Of a stretch of 63,753 nt of DNA, positions 1-10,620 are shown in pieces. The position numbers and the translations under genes are program-made. The stretch's first letter is position 1; every line of letters starts with the position of its first letter. The notes beneath the pieces are model-generated. The model saw nothing but the letters and a program-made list of their open reading frames with translations, ran no database searches and had not been told where the DNA came from. The DNA is taken from the NCBI GenBank assembly GCA_016930435.1, contig JAFGGQ010000010.1, forward strand, positions 1-63,753, read 5' to 3'. Origin of the DNA: a bacterium (lineage in GTDB: Bacteria; UBP14; UBA6098; JAFGQG01).

Positions 1-773
1 AGGATTCCCATAATTCGTTACTTTGTATTGGATTAGACCCTGTTATCAGCAAGCTTCCGGAGAGTTTTCAAAAGCAGGAATATCCTTTTTTTGAATTCAA
101 CAAGACCATTATAGACGCTACTTCAGACCTGGTATGCTGTTATAAGCCCAACATAGCTTTTTATGAAGCTTATGGTATAGATGGCTTAAGATCGTTAAAG
201 CTTACCTGTGATTATTTAAAGGGGAAGGTCCCCATTTTATTGGACAGCAAAAGGGGTGACATCGGCCATTCTTCGGCCAGTTATGCAAAAGCCATCTTTG
301 AGTATTATCAGGCGGATGCCACAACGGTGAGTCCTTATTTGGGGAGTGATTCTATTTTTCCTTTTGCGGAATACCGTGATAAGGGAATATTTGTACTGGC
401 TTTAACCTCCAATGCAGGTGTAGAGGATTTTCAGTATCTGGATACGGGTGGGCTTAAGTTATATCAGGAAGTAGCCCGGAAAACAGAGGTTTGGAATCAA
501 AAATATAGCAATTTGGGATTGGTAACCGGAGCGACTCATCCGGAGGAATTGGCCCGGGTTCGGGAACAAGCGCCCAATCTCCCATTTCTGATACCCGGTA
601 TCGGAGCGCAGAAAGGGGAGATTGAACCCACATTGAAATTCGGCAGTACGGTCTCCGGATTTAAACCACTTATAGTAGTAGCGCGTTCTATAATCTATGC
701 CGATTCCAGCCGTGATTTCAGCGCTGCGGTCAGAGAGGCGGCTATGAAATACAGAACCTTATTAACCATTTAA
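1..773 (+). CDS. pyrF: Orotidine 5'-phosphate decarboxylase (type 2), 5' end cut by window edge
   Basis: Frame 3 is open from nt 3 (DSHNSLLCIGLDPV..YKPNIAFYEAYG..LLDSKRGDIGHS). The tracked ORF 240..773 only begins at an internal TTG. The LCxGLDP, KPNxAFYE and DSKRGDIG motifs are PyrF hallmarks. Confidence 0.85.
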   Translation, partial: DSHNSLLCIGLDPVISKLPESFQKQEYPFFEFNKTIIDATSDLVCCYKPNIAFYEAYGIDGLRSLKLTCDYLKGKVPILLDSKRGDIGHSSASYAKAIFEYYQADATTVSPYLGSDSIFPFAEYRDKGIFVLALTSNAGVEDFQYLDTGGLKLYQEVARKTEVWNQKYSNLGLVTGATHPEELARVREQAPNLPFLIPGIGAQKGEIEPTLKFGSTVSGFKPLIVVARSIIYADSSRDFSAAVREAAMKYRTLLTI

Positions 774-782
774 AGGAGTATC

Positions 783-1358
783 ATGTCAGACCAAATTATG
801 GATATCTTTTTAAGGACAGGGGCTTTAATGGAGGGCCATTTCGTATTGACTTCCGGTCTTCATAGTGGCAAGTACTTTCAATGTGCGCAGCTTCTCCAGT
901 ACCCGGACTACACCGAGTTTGCAGCCCGGGAATTACTCCTCAAACTATCCCCGCTTCAGGTTGACCTGGTGATCTCCCCCGCCCTGGGCGGTATTGTTAT
1001 TGGTTATGAAGTAGCCCGTCAACTGGGGGTAAGATCCATTTTTGCGGAACGGAAGGAAGGTCCGTTGGTTCTGCGCCGGGGTTTCAAGATCGAAAAAGGC
1101 GAGAAATGCCTGGTTATTGAAGACGTGGTGACCACCGGGGGCTCCACTCAGGAAGTTATCGATGTTGTACTGGCCAATGGCGGTGAGGTTGCTGCGGCCG
1201 GCGTGCTGGTTGACAGGAGTGGAGGACGGGCAAACTTCCGATATAAAATGGCCAGTTTGATCCAGGTTGATGTAAAGAACTGGCAGCCCGATGAATGCCC
1301 CCTATGTAAGCAGAACATTCCTTTTGACAAGCCAGGGAGCAGACCGATTAAACGTTAG
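783..1358 (+). CDS. pyrE: Orotate phosphoribosyltransferase
   Basis: 191 aa with the PRPP-binding loop [12 protein letters not shown]. It lies 9 nt downstream of pyrF. Confidence 0.9.
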   Translation: MSDQIMDIFLRTGALMEGHFVLTSGLHSGKYFQCAQLLQYPDYTEFAARELLLKLSPLQVDLVISPALGGIVIGYEVARQLGVRSIFAERKEGPLVLRRGFKIEKGEKCLVIEDVVTTGGSTQEVIDVVLANGGEVAAAGVLVDRSGGRANFRYKMASLIQVDVKNWQPDECPLCKQNIPFDKPGSRPIKR

Positions 1359-2419
1359 GATTTTCCACCTTTATCCTTGGATTCAGCCTTTGCCGGTTCA
1401 TCTGCTGGTTTGTCGTCAGCAGGTATCAAACCCATTTCCTTTCGAATGGCAATTTCGATCTTCTTAGCGATATCGGGGTTTTCCTTAAGGAACATCCGGG
1501 CATTTTCCCTGCCCTGACCCAATCTCTCCTCCCCCATGGAATACCAGATTCCGCTTTTCTGCAGGATACCCATTTCCGCCCCATAATCGATCAATTCACC
1601 CTCTTTGGATATCCCTTCACCATAGAGCAGATCAAAGGTCGCCTCCTTAAAAGGAGGCGCCACCTTATTTTTGACTACGGTTACTACAGCCACCATACCG
1701 GTTGCTTTTTCCTTATCTTTAATTGATGTTGTTCGCCTGATCTTCATTCGTATTGAGGCATAGAATTTAAGCGCGGTTCCTCCGGATGTGGTTTCGGGAT
1801 TCCCGAAGAAGGTTCCGATTTTCATTCGTGTCTGATTGATAAAAACTACGGCGGTTTTGGATTTGCTTATCGCTGCGGTAAGTTTGCGGAGGGCTTGTGA
1901 CATCAGCCGTGCCTGCAGTCCAACATGAGCATCGCCCATCTGGCCCTCTAATTCCGCCCGGGGGACCAGCGCTGCCACCGAATCAATAACAATTACATCG
2001 ATTACACCGCAGCGAACCAGGGTTTCAGCTATCTCCAGGGCCTGCTCGCCCGAATCCGGCTGAGATACCCAAAGGTTCTCAACATCAACACCCAAACACC
2101 TTGCGTAATTAGGGTCTAAAGCGTGTTCAGCATCGATAAAGGCTGCTGTCCCACCCGTATTCTGGGCTTCTGCAATAACATGCAAGGCCAGGGTGGTTTT
2201 GCCCGAAGACTCCGGTCCGAAAATCTCGATAACCCTACCCCGGGGAACACCACCCACACCCAGCGCAAGGTCCAATCCAAGTGAACCAGTGGAGATTACC
2301 GGTATGGCTAATCTGGAAAAACTATCCCCCAATTTCATAATAGAACCCTTCCCAAATTGCTTCTCTATCTGCGAAAGCGCTATTTCAAGCGACTTTGCCC
2401 GTTGATCTTGCTTTTCCAT
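1355..2419 (-). CDS. recA: Recombinase A
   Basis: 354 aa with Walker [14 protein letters not shown] and the motif [10 protein letters not shown]. It has a short Lys/Asp-rich C-terminal tail. Its stop overlaps the pyrE stop convergently (TTAG). Confidence 0.97.
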   Translation of the reverse strand: MEKQDQRAKSLEIALSQIEKQFGKGSIMKLGDSFSRLAIPVISTGSLGLDLALGVGGVPRGRVIEIFGPESSGKTTLALHVIAEAQNTGGTAAFIDAEHALDPNYARCLGVDVENLWVSQPDSGEQALEIAETLVRCGVIDVIVIDSVAALVPRAELEGQMGDAHVGLQARLMSQALRKLTAAISKSKTAVVFINQTRMKIGTFFGNPETTSGGTALKFYASIRMKIRRTTSIKDKEKATGMVAVVTVVKNKVAPPFKEATFDLLYGEGISKEGELIDYGAEMGILQKSGIWYSMGEERLGQGRENARMFLKENPDIAKKIEIAIRKEMGLIPADDKPADEPAKAESKDKGGKS

Positions 2420-2477
2420 CGTTATTTCTCCTTTGCAATGATAATTTGTAAAGATTGGAAAATCAAACTATAGTTAA

Positions 2478-2506
2478 ATAATGTATGACAATCTGCCATT
2501 TGTCAA
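2478..2506 (-). promoter_or_regulatory. Candidate sigma70-type recA promoter overlapping a palindrome
   Basis: The minus strand reads TTGACA (2506..2501), a 17-nt spacer, then CATTAT (2483..2478), about 60 nt upstream of the recA ATG. The inverted repeat TGACAA-N8-TTGTCA (2486..2505) overlaps the -35 and spacer. Confidence 0.35.
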
Positions 2507-2542
2507 ACAAAAACTGCTCACCCGGCTAATTAGAAACGAAGA

Positions 2543-3121
2543 TTATTGCCCTCCCAGAATATATTCACCCAGGGGTTCATAAATGGAGCCCCCCGGGGAA
2601 AGAGTGCTTTTCATAAAAACCAGGCGGTCTGCCTGGAATTCCTTAACCGGGACCTTTAAATCCTCGATCTTCCGGAGAAGCAATGTTCCATTTTCCGGGT
2701 TTCTAACCCTTCCCAGGGTAAGATGTGGAGAGAATCTCCTGTCCTCGGGTGGGAATCCCATCCGGGCGCAAATTTGTATAACAGCATTAGCCAGGTTTGT
2801 CAATTGGTCTATTTCACCTGAAAAACCTGTCCAGACGACCCTGGGGAAGCGTGAAGAACCGAATGTGCCCAGGCTACCGGTACTCAGGTTCAACGGTTCA
2901 AATCCCTGAACCAGGTTCTCCAGAGATTTTCCGATCCCCCCTACCTGTTGAGGCTGAATATCACCCAGAAATTTCAGGGTAAGGTGCATATTTTCAGCCT
3001 TCACCCAGCTCACCTTTACGGGCAACCGTTTTAATTTTTGGATTAGCTCCCGGTATATCAACATCTGGATTGCAGCGGGTATCTCCAGGGCAATAAAAGA
3101 CCTTATACTATCGTTTAACAT
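2543..3121 (-). CDS. thpR: RNA 2',3'-cyclic phosphodiesterase (2H family, LigT/ThpR)
   Basis: 192 aa carrying the two H-x-T-x motifs of the 2H superfamily (HLTLKFLG and HLTLGR). Confidence 0.85.
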   Translation of the reverse strand: MLNDSIRSFIALEIPAAIQMLIYRELIQKLKRLPVKVSWVKAENMHLTLKFLGDIQPQQVGGIGKSLENLVQGFEPLNLSTGSLGTFGSSRFPRVVWTGFSGEIDQLTNLANAVIQICARMGFPPEDRRFSPHLTLGRVRNPENGTLLLRKIEDLKVPVKEFQADRLVFMKSTLSPGGSIYEPLGEYILGGQ

Positions 3122-3129
3122 TTCATTTC

Positions 3130-4377
3130 CTATACCTTTTGCGAGCCATTTATAAATTCAAAATCAATAAGGGCCTCATTTAGTTCAAGCCAAAGCAAAA
3201 AGAGACCGGCATTCCGGGTTTTGTCGCGGACCTGCTTCCGGTTACCGCTGAAATTATATTTACGGCAGTAAGTTTGGTCGTGCTTATCCAGGGCGATATA
3301 AACCGTACCGACCGGCTTTTCCGGGGTGCCACCGGCAGGCCCAGCAATTCCGGTTATCCCTATACCATAATGAGTTTTACTCAAGATTCGGATTCTTTGG
3401 GCCATAGTGCAGGCAGCTTCCTTACTGACCGCCCCATACTCCTTTAGAATACTGGGTTCCACCCCCAGACTGCTGACCTTTTGTTCATTACTATATGCAA
3501 CAATACCCAGGCTGAAGAAATGGGAAGCCCCCGGCACGTTTACCAGTGCAGCGGCTAATAAGCCCCCCGTACAAGATTCAGCCGTTGAAACTGACCGTTT
3601 TTTTGTTTCGAGCTTCTGGCCAATTACATCCTCTAATTCCAGCCAGGATTGGGCATAGGTAAACCAGCCCAGGGCTTTCTTAAGCTTTCCTGAGTATTCG
3701 ACCAAGCTAGACCGGTAGGTTTGAGTAGCGGTGAGCACCAGATCCACACCCTTTTCATCCGGATAATAAGCGATTTCCACCCCTATTGGCTGCGGATATT
3801 GTTGGACCAGTTTTTGGAGCTGTATCTCCCGAATCTCTGCCGTTCGGATTATTTCCAGATACTTTTCGCGGCACTGCTGACGGCTGACCAAGCGTGGCAA
3901 CACCTCTTCCCGCAAAATGGCCTCCATTTCCAGGGGCACTCCCGGCAGGCAATAAAGCTGTTTATCAACCCTTTCAAGATATATCCCCGGCGCATATCCG
4001 AGGTGGTTGGGCAACCATTCCGATCCTGATGGCTTCAGTGCTACACGTTGATAACCATCTTCAAAGAGACCAAATTTTTTCAGTGTCTTCAGAAAAGCCT
4101 TGTCTTCTTTTAGGGTTACCTTTAAAAACTTGGCGAGGCCCTCCCGGGTCAGATCATCGCTAGTCGAACCTAAACCACCGGTAGTTATGATGATGTCCGC
4201 CCGGGAAAAAGCTTCCTCTAAAACACGGGCAATATTGTCAGGGTCATCACCTACCGAGGTATGCTGAATAATTTCCAGAGCCAGCGGAGTGAGGTATTTA
4301 ACCACTGTTCTATAATTTAAATCGACAGTACCCCCCCGGATCAATTCGTTTCCTATAGTGATGATCTCTGCTTTCAT
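3130..4377 (-). CDS. cinA: CinA-family competence/damage-inducible protein (MoCF-binding domain plus nicotinamide-nucleotide amidohydrolase domain)
   Basis: MKAEIITIGNELIRGGTVDLN.. is a typical CinA N-terminus. The C-terminal half (ESCTGGLLA..GITGIAGP) is PncC-like. I start at ATG 4377, which gives an ATGA overlap with the pgpA stop, not at the tracked 4434. Confidence 0.88.
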   Translation of the reverse strand: MKAEIITIGNELIRGGTVDLNYRTVVKYLTPLALEIIQHTSVGDDPDNIARVLEEAFSRADIIITTGGLGSTSDDLTREGLAKFLKVTLKEDKAFLKTLKKFGLFEDGYQRVALKPSGSEWLPNHLGYAPGIYLERVDKQLYCLPGVPLEMEAILREEVLPRLVSRQQCREKYLEIIRTAEIREIQLQKLVQQYPQPIGVEIAYYPDEKGVDLVLTATQTYRSSLVEYSGKLKKALGWFTYAQSWLELEDVIGQKLETKKRSVSTAESCTGGLLAAALVNVPGASHFFSLGIVAYSNEQKVSSLGVEPSILKEYGAVSKEAACTMAQRIRILSKTHYGIGITGIAGPAGGTPEKPVGTVYIALDKHDQTYCRKYNFSGNRKQVRDKTRNAGLFLLWLELNEALIDFEFINGSQKV

Positions 4378-4841
4378 AGGCGGTTCAAAAGGCACCCGCT
4401 GAGGCCGGGAGTAATTATCAATATACCCAGGCAAAGATTGGTATAAACCCCGGCGAAAAGGTCGTCAAGTAATATTCCCAATCCACCGTTAAAATTCTCC
4501 ATTTGTTTCACCGGGAATGGTTTCAGGATATCAAAGGTTCTGAACAGGACAAAACCGAGAACGAAAATAATCAGTCCTTTAGGGATAAAGAGAAAACTGA
4601 GCATAATTCCCATTGCTTCATCCAGGATTATATGGGGACTGTCTCCTTCCCACCGGATGCCGGCCTGGTGGCAGAAAAGTGCGGCTAAAGGGATGGATAA
4701 CAGCAGGGCTACCACATACCACGGTGACATGGTATCTATCCAGAAATACAGTATTAAGGCTGTCAGCAGGCTACCTGCAGTGCCCGGAGCCAGTGGTAAA
4801 TAACCCAACCCGAAAAGAGAAGCGAATATCTTCCAGAACAT
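4374..4841 (-). CDS. pgpA: Phosphatidylglycerophosphatase A
   Basis: 155-aa membrane protein with GLGYLPLAPGTAGSL and FRTFDILKPFPV motifs typical of PgpA. Confidence 0.85.
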   Translation of the reverse strand: MFWKIFASLFGLGYLPLAPGTAGSLLTALILYFWIDTMSPWYVVALLLSIPLAALFCHQAGIRWEGDSPHIILDEAMGIMLSFLFIPKGLIIFVLGFVLFRTFDILKPFPVKQMENFNGGLGILLDDLFAGVYTNLCLGILIITPGLSGCLLNRL

Positions 4842-4917
4842 AATACCGGTTCTTTTCCTTAGTCATGGTGTCAATTATTAGCTGATAAAGGCGATAGTAG
4901 TCCCCTCCCGGTGGGAT

Positions 4918-5991
4918 CTACAATTCCTCTCCGAAGTTTAACGCTCTTTTAAAATCTGCCGGGGAAGAGCAATTGAGTAAGGCTTCGTCTTTGGTTATCA
5001 AACCATCCTTGAATATCTTCATGATGGCCTGGTCGAAGGTCTGCATATTATACTCAGTTTTTCCCTGGGCTATAAAGCGATGGATCTGGTTTATCTTATC
5101 GGATTCGAGGATACAGGATTGTATCGTTGAGGTAACGGTCATGGCTTCAGCTGCCAGGGCTCTTCCCACCCCTTTCTTCAGTTTGAGAAGACGTTGCGAA
5201 ATCACACCTACCAGGTTGGATGCCAGTTGGGAGCGGATCTGGGGTTGCTGGTGAGGCGGGAAATAATTTATCAAGGCGGAGATGGTCTCCACGGCATTAG
5301 TAGTATGGAAGCTGGAGAACACCAGATGGCCCGTGGAGACGGCCCGGAGAGCAGTTGCGATGGTTTCAGAATCCCTCATCTCCCCGATTAGAAGAACATC
5401 CGGGTCCTCTCGCATAGCCGACTTGAGTGCGACCAGAAAGGATGGGGTGTCCACTCCAACCTCCCGTTGATTAATTACGCTTTTAATATCAGAATGTACA
5501 AACTCGATAGGGTCTTCAATAGTAATTATATGCGCCTTTATACTCTTATTGATATAATCTATCATGGAGGCAAGTGTAGTAGTTTTTCCGCTTCCTGTGG
5601 GTCCGGTAACCAGGATTAATCCTCTTTTCTCAAGGCAAAAGCTTTTAGCCAGGGGGGGTATTCCCAGATGCTCCATAGTCGGGATATAGTAGGGTATATA
5701 GCGCATAGCTATGGAGAAATTACCCTGCTGCCGGTAAATATTAACCCGGAAACGGGCTTTATCTTGAATGGTGTAAGTAGTATCGATCTCGGTCAGGGAA
5801 CGAAAATTTCGCATAGCTGAACGGTTCAGGAATGTAAAGGTAAGGGATGCGGTGTCCCGGGGGTTTAATGAGGGGCCCTTGGTGATCAGAAGATTTCCGT
5901 CAATGCGAAGAATCGGAGGGCTTCCTACTTTGAAATGAATGTCCGAAGTCCCCTTTTGAATTACACTCAGTAAAAAACTGTCTAAATCCAT
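4918..5991 (-). CDS. pilT: Type IV pilus retraction ATPase PilT (twitching motility)
   Basis: 357 aa with SDIHFKVGSPPILRIDG, Walker A GPTGSGKTTTLASMIDYIN, Walker B/Asp box DPDVLLIGEMRD, and a His box. Confidence 0.88.
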   Translation of the reverse strand: MDLDSFLLSVIQKGTSDIHFKVGSPPILRIDGNLLITKGPSLNPRDTASLTFTFLNRSAMRNFRSLTEIDTTYTIQDKARFRVNIYRQQGNFSIAMRYIPYYIPTMEHLGIPPLAKSFCLEKRGLILVTGPTGSGKTTTLASMIDYINKSIKAHIITIEDPIEFVHSDIKSVINQREVGVDTPSFLVALKSAMREDPDVLLIGEMRDSETIATALRAVSTGHLVFSSFHTTNAVETISALINYFPPHQQPQIRSQLASNLVGVISQRLLKLKKGVGRALAAEAMTVTSTIQSCILESDKINQIHRFIAQGKTEYNMQTFDQAIMKIFKDGLITKDEALLNCSSPADFKRALNFGEEL

Positions 5992-6015
5992 AATGATCCT
6001 CGTTTTTTATAAAGT

Positions 6016-8577
6016 TTATTCATTCTCTGCTTTAAGTTCATCCAGGTAGTCCAGATCATCGACCAATACTTCACGGGCTTTGCTGCCCCGGAAGGGGCCA
6101 ACAATACAGGCATCTTCCAGTTGGTCAATGAGGCTGGCGGCTCTGGTATAACCAATTCTTAATTTCCGTTGCAGGAGTGAACTGGAGCCCTTCTGGGAAA
6201 GGATAACCAGTTTAGCGGCTTCGAAGAAAAGCTCATCACGTTCTTCTGATTCTAATTGCCGGGCTTCCATTTCCCGGAAGGAGAGCATTTCCTCTTTATA
6301 GGGATTATCAAATTGTTTCAGAAAATCTACCAGCCTTTCCGTTTCAGCGGTAGAGATAAAGCTTCCATGAACCCTGATGGGGTCGGCGCTGCCGGGAGGC
6401 AGATATAGTAGGTCTCCATTTCCCAGCAGTTTTTCTGCTCCGCTGGTATCCAGTATGGTTCGTGAATCGACTTTTTGTCGTACTTTAAAGGCGATCCGGC
6501 AGGGGAAATTTGCCTTGATCAAGCCGGTCAGCACATCAACTGAAGGGCGCTGAGTCGCCACGATAAGGTGTATCCCTACCGCTCTCGATTTCTGGGCAAT
6601 ACGGGCTATTGGGGTTTCGATCTCACTGGAGATCACCGACATCAGATCCGCCAGTTCGTCTATAACTATCACGATATAGGGTAAAAATTCCAGGTCGATA
6701 TCCAGTTCCTGTTCAAGCTTTTTATTATATTCCTCAATTTTCCGAACTCCGGCTTCAGCCAGCAAGATGTAACGCCTCTCCATCTCATCTACTGCCCACT
6801 GCAAGGCTAAAACAGTATCATCAGGTTCGTTCACTACTTTTGATCGGAGATAAGGAATATCATTGTAAATGGAAAGTTCAAGACGTTTTGGGTCGATCAT
6901 GATGAACTGGACCAACTCCGGGGAGGTTTTATAAATAATGCTTGTAATGATTGTATTTATGCCCACGGATTTGCCCGAGCCGGTCGCTCCTGCTATCAAT
7001 AAATGGGGCATTTTAGTGAGGTCCACTACGAAGGGAAGACCGCCAACCGTTTTCCCCAGTGCTATTGTAAGGTCGGTTTTACATTCCTGGAACTTTGAGG
7101 TGTTCAATATTTCCCTGATATAGACCATTTCTGGTTGTTCGTTGGGGATTTCGATGCCTACGGCTCCTTTACCCGGAATAGGAGCAACGATCCTAATATC
7201 CTGGGCGCGCAGGGCTAACGCCAGATCATCCGCAAGGGTAACAATACGATTGACCTTCACCCCAGGGGCGGGTTCCAGTTCATATCGGGTAATCACCGGA
7301 CCGGGATTAATCTCCGAAATAGTGCCCTCCACTCCAAAGCTCCTTAAGGTATCGATCAGCAACCTTCCCTGCTGTTTGAGTTCATAATCGCTGATCCTCT
7401 GTTCAGAGGGCGGTTTACTGTTTAAAAGGCTCAACGGGGGCGATTGGAAATCAGGGATCTTACGCGATGCGCTATCTGCCATTGAAGGCTTGGGTGGATT
7501 CTTGGACTGCTGGAAAGAACCCTGAAACCGGTTGACCCGGATATCCTCCGGGGAAGAAGAACTGCCCCGGTACTCCTCGACCGGCCCTAAGGAAGCAGTG
7601 GGTTGCTGCTCAATAAAATCGGATTCCTGGAGAACCTCCTCCATTTTTTTATGTTCTTCGCTATTCCGAACCTCCCATTGCTCATCAAGTTCGGGAAGGT
7701 TATCACTTTCCGGCTCTGAAACAGCTCTCTGTTGATCGATTTTCATTTCCCGCACCCGGATACGGGGGTTCTTTACCAGTTGCGGTGGAATAAACGTCAT
7801 TTCCATTGCATTCCCAGGAATGTTTTCCTCCACATCCTCCTCCCGGACTTCTTCTTTCTTTGAAGAGATGGCAGGATTGATGGTTGGAATTGGTTTTTCC
7901 TCCGGGCTATGTAGGGTAATATCCCTCTTTATGCGCGATAGTTGTTTATCTTTGTATTCCTGGATCAGCGACTCACGGGCTTTTTGTTTACGTTCACGGG
8001 ATTCCAAACGACGGTCCTTCAGATTTCGGAATAGACCCGTTACAATGCCTCCGGTAAACCGAAAGGGCTCACGAAAATCGAATCCGGTAACAAATCCAAG
8101 GAAGGCGATGAACAGGATAATGACTACAAAGTAAGCTCCTACTGCTCCGAACAGGTCTTGAGCAAGTAAGGCCAGTTGCAGGCCCATCTCCCCGGTTAGA
8201 AAAAAGGAGATTTCTTTCCCTGCCATGCTTACAAGAGTAGCAATAAGGATAAAAAAAACGGTTATGATAGCAGTAATCTTGAGAATATCCGTAAATTTCC
8301 GTTTAGCCAGTCGCTGTATTCCCCAATAGAGCAGCAGAAAGGGCAATATCAAAGAAAATATTCCCATGAAGGAATGAAGGGCGAAGGCCACCAAAGCCCC
8401 CAAACGCCCTCCGTAATTATTAACTTTCTGAGAAAATTGCGTTATGCTGATATGATTGGAATAATCTGACTTGTCATAAGAGATCAAGCTTAATAAAACC
8501 AGAATACTGAAAAGTATAAAAAGCAGCCCGGATATAAGCCGGGATTTTTTTTTGATGAACCTGAGCATTTTTCTCAC
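6016..8577 (-). CDS. ftsK: DNA translocase FtsK
   Basis: 853 aa. It has N-terminal TM helices, a long charged linker, a motor domain (PHLLIAGATGSGKSVGIN, VIVIDELADLM) and a C-terminal gamma winged-helix (LLQRKLRIGYTRAASLIDQLE). Confidence 0.95.
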   Translation of the reverse strand: MRKMLRFIKKKSRLISGLLFILFSILVLLSLISYDKSDYSNHISITQFSQKVNNYGGRLGALVAFALHSFMGIFSLILPFLLLYWGIQRLAKRKFTDILKITAIITVFFILIATLVSMAGKEISFFLTGEMGLQLALLAQDLFGAVGAYFVVIILFIAFLGFVTGFDFREPFRFTGGIVTGLFRNLKDRRLESRERKQKARESLIQEYKDKQLSRIKRDITLHSPEEKPIPTINPAISSKKEEVREEDVEENIPGNAMEMTFIPPQLVKNPRIRVREMKIDQQRAVSEPESDNLPELDEQWEVRNSEEHKKMEEVLQESDFIEQQPTASLGPVEEYRGSSSSPEDIRVNRFQGSFQQSKNPPKPSMADSASRKIPDFQSPPLSLLNSKPPSEQRISDYELKQQGRLLIDTLRSFGVEGTISEINPGPVITRYELEPAPGVKVNRIVTLADDLALALRAQDIRIVAPIPGKGAVGIEIPNEQPEMVYIREILNTSKFQECKTDLTIALGKTVGGLPFVVDLTKMPHLLIAGATGSGKSVGINTIITSIIYKTSPELVQFIMIDPKRLELSIYNDIPYLRSKVVNEPDDTVLALQWAVDEMERRYILLAEAGVRKIEEYNKKLEQELDIDLEFLPYIVIVIDELADLMSVISSEIETPIARIAQKSRAVGIHLIVATQRPSVDVLTGLIKANFPCRIAFKVRQKVDSRTILDTSGAEKLLGNGDLLYLPPGSADPIRVHGSFISTAETERLVDFLKQFDNPYKEEMLSFREMEARQLESEERDELFFEAAKLVILSQKGSSSLLQRKLRIGYTRAASLIDQLEDACIVGPFRGSKAREVLVDDLDYLDELKAENE

Positions 8578-8657
8578 GGTTAAATTAGAATCTTTAATAT
8601 GTTTTGATTTAATATAACTTGATATTAAGATTCAGTCAACAAAAATGAATTTATAAT

Positions 8658-9239
8658 TTAGAGGTAAAGCTTATGAGAACTAATATACCGGGAAACAACG
8701 GGTGGGACAAGGTATCTGATAGACTTTCGATTTTTAACCCTTTCCCGTATGATAGTGGAGGAAATATCGATCAGGGGGCAGGAAGAAAGCAATATTCTAT
8801 CCCGAATCCCATTTTCAGCATCCTGTGAAGGATAATTTTTCCTGGGGATCACCACGATCTTTGCGTACTCCCAGAGTTGTTCCCATTTGTGCCAGGATTT
8901 AATTTCCAGAAGGCTATCGGAACCTATCAGAAGATAGAACTGATCCCCTTGCCGGCTTCGTGATCGAATGGTTTTAAGAACTTCCACGGTATAGGATGAT
9001 TGGCCGTCTTCGAATTCCAGGTCGCCGATCTGGAAAGCGGGATTATCCTCGACTGCACTGCGGGTCATCTCCAAACGGTCCTGTGGGGCACTCATCATTC
9101 TATATTCTTTGTGAGGCGGATTGAAGGCTACCAGAAAGATAATCCTATCGAGTTGAAATTCTTCCCGAACATATTCAGCTATGACCAAATGGCCTATATG
9201 CAGAGGGTCAAAGCTGCCCCCTAAAATACCCCATTTCAC
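8658..9239 (-). CDS. nadD: Nicotinate-nucleotide adenylyltransferase
   Basis: Carries the GGSFDPLHIGHL (T/H)xGH motif and ISSTIIRE (ISST). I start at in-frame GTG 9239, which gives a GTGA overlap with the upstream stop. The tracked 244-aa ORF would overlap the upstream gene by 157 nt. Confidence 0.8.
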   Translation of the reverse strand: MKWGILGGSFDPLHIGHLVIAEYVREEFQLDRIIFLVAFNPPHKEYRMMSAPQDRLEMTRSAVEDNPAFQIGDLEFEDGQSSYTVEVLKTIRSRSRQGDQFYLLIGSDSLLEIKSWHKWEQLWEYAKIVVIPRKNYPSQDAENGIRDRILLSSCPLIDISSTIIRERVKNRKSIRYLVPPVVSRYISSHKLYL

Positions 9240-9994
9240 GGTGATAATTCCTTTGATATTTGGTTCGCTTTTTCCAGGATCTGCGCTTGCGAACAATTTT
9301 CCAGGAGGGTTTTTATAAGTTCCCGGGCCTCTGTGATATTTTCGAGTTTCTGATGAGCTTGGATCATTATTAAATATGCAGGGCAGATCCATTCTGAATT
9401 TGAATATTCCTCTATCAGCAAGTTACCATAAAGCAAAGCCGCTTCATACTTTCTCAAATTATAGTATAGCTCCAGGTTTTTATATTCCTTTAAGGCCAGC
9501 TTTTCCTGACAAAGAAAGATAATAGAGTCCGCCTGAGTATAGAATGGGGAATCCGGATAATACTCCGCAAAGTCTTTCAACCAGCTTATAGCCCTCATGG
9601 TATATTCCTGGTCCAGTTCTGAACGGGGGGATTCCTTATAATAACACAATCCCACCATATATTCCGCTTCCTCGGAGTACTCGCTTTCGCCAAAGCTATC
9701 CAACACCCTTTTGAATTCACCAACGGCTAAAATATACTGTTTGCTGCGGTAATAGCTTCTGCCCAGCAGCATGTGTGCGTCATCGATCAGCTCAGTTCCG
9801 GGGAAATCGAAAACAAATTTTTCCAGAATTTCAATAGCTTTGGTATATTTCCCCCGTTCATAAGCAGAATATGCCTGCTCATAGGCTATATGAGGGTCCT
9901 GGTAAACTTTGATCCGTCGTGAACAGCTCAGTGTAAAAAGATTCAGGGCCAATAAGCCCAAAATCCCCATTATCAAGTACTTGTAATTTCTCAT
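9236..9994 (-). CDS. bamD: BamD/YfiO-like TPR outer-membrane assembly lipoprotein
   Basis: Signal peptide with a lipobox-like FTLSC. TPR-like repeats show the BamD pattern (FPGTELIDDAHMLLGRSYY.., YPDSPFYTQA). I start at ATG 9994, not 10072. Confidence 0.6.
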   Translation of the reverse strand: MRNYKYLIMGILGLLALNLFTLSCSRRIKVYQDPHIAYEQAYSAYERGKYTKAIEILEKFVFDFPGTELIDDAHMLLGRSYYRSKQYILAVGEFKRVLDSFGESEYSEEAEYMVGLCYYKESPRSELDQEYTMRAISWLKDFAEYYPDSPFYTQADSIIFLCQEKLALKEYKNLELYYNLRKYEAALLYGNLLIEEYSNSEWICPAYLIMIQAHQKLENITEARELIKTLLENCSQAQILEKANQISKELSP

Positions 9995-10005
9995 TTGACC
10001 CCTTT

Positions 10006-10620
10006 TTATCTGTTTGAAAAAAACAAGAATGTTAAAGTTATTGCGGCAGCACTTACCAAAACAGGTTCCCACAGGTAATATTTAATCGTATAATCTTCAA
10101 TTTCAGGCCTTAGCATATTATGTTGTCCCTGGACATTGTTCAGGTATTTCTCCTCAAATTCATCAGTATAATTGAACGTATATTCATTCTTAAACATAAT
10201 GCTATCCCCCTTGCTCCATTTGATACCGACGCTGACCAACGCGGTTCTTTGCACGACGCGGGGGCTCCAGGGTGTTCTCCGGGTAGCCTTGGGATATCGG
10301 AACTGGAGTTCATTAATGCGGGGCATTATTTCAGCGACAGTTAATGGCGGGGTCGTCCCCGAACCCTTATCATTCTCAATAAGATCAAGCCCGATAACCC
10401 TTAATTTTTCCTGCCAAAGATCATGAAAAAAGCTATCCCCCTCAAATTGCAAGAGGGTTTTTAAACCGGGTTTCGCCTGCAAACCGGCCAGCAATGAATC
10501 TATAGCTGTATTCATCAGCTCCAGGTTCCCCGGAGGAATTGAACCACAATGAATAGGCTGGATAAATAAAGACAGCGCGGCAAATATAATCAGAATAAAT
10601 AGACTTAGCCTTATTTTCAT
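10006..10620 (-). CDS. Hypothetical exported protein with a C-terminal TM helix
   Basis: 204 aa with an N-terminal signal peptide (MKIRLSLFILIIFAALSLF) and a hydrophobic C-terminus (WEPVLVSAAAITLTFLFF). It has an ATGA overlap with the upstream gene. I recognise no family. Confidence 0.55.
   Translation of the reverse strand: MKIRLSLFILIIFAALSLFIQPIHCGSIPPGNLELMNTAIDSLLAGLQAKPGLKTLLQFEGDSFFHDLWQEKLRVIGLDLIENDKGSGTTPPLTVAEIMPRINELQFRYPKATRRTPWSPRVVQRTALVSVGIKWSKGDSIMFKNEYTFNYTDEFEEKYLNNVQGQHNMLRPEIEDYTIKYYLWEPVLVSAAAITLTFLFFSNR

Noticed and set aside
1355-1358. The convergent 4-nt overlap of the pyrE and recA stop codons (TTAG).
   Set aside because: It is real in the sequence but a trivial consequence of compact packing. 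It only implies that there is no room for a terminator between the two genes.
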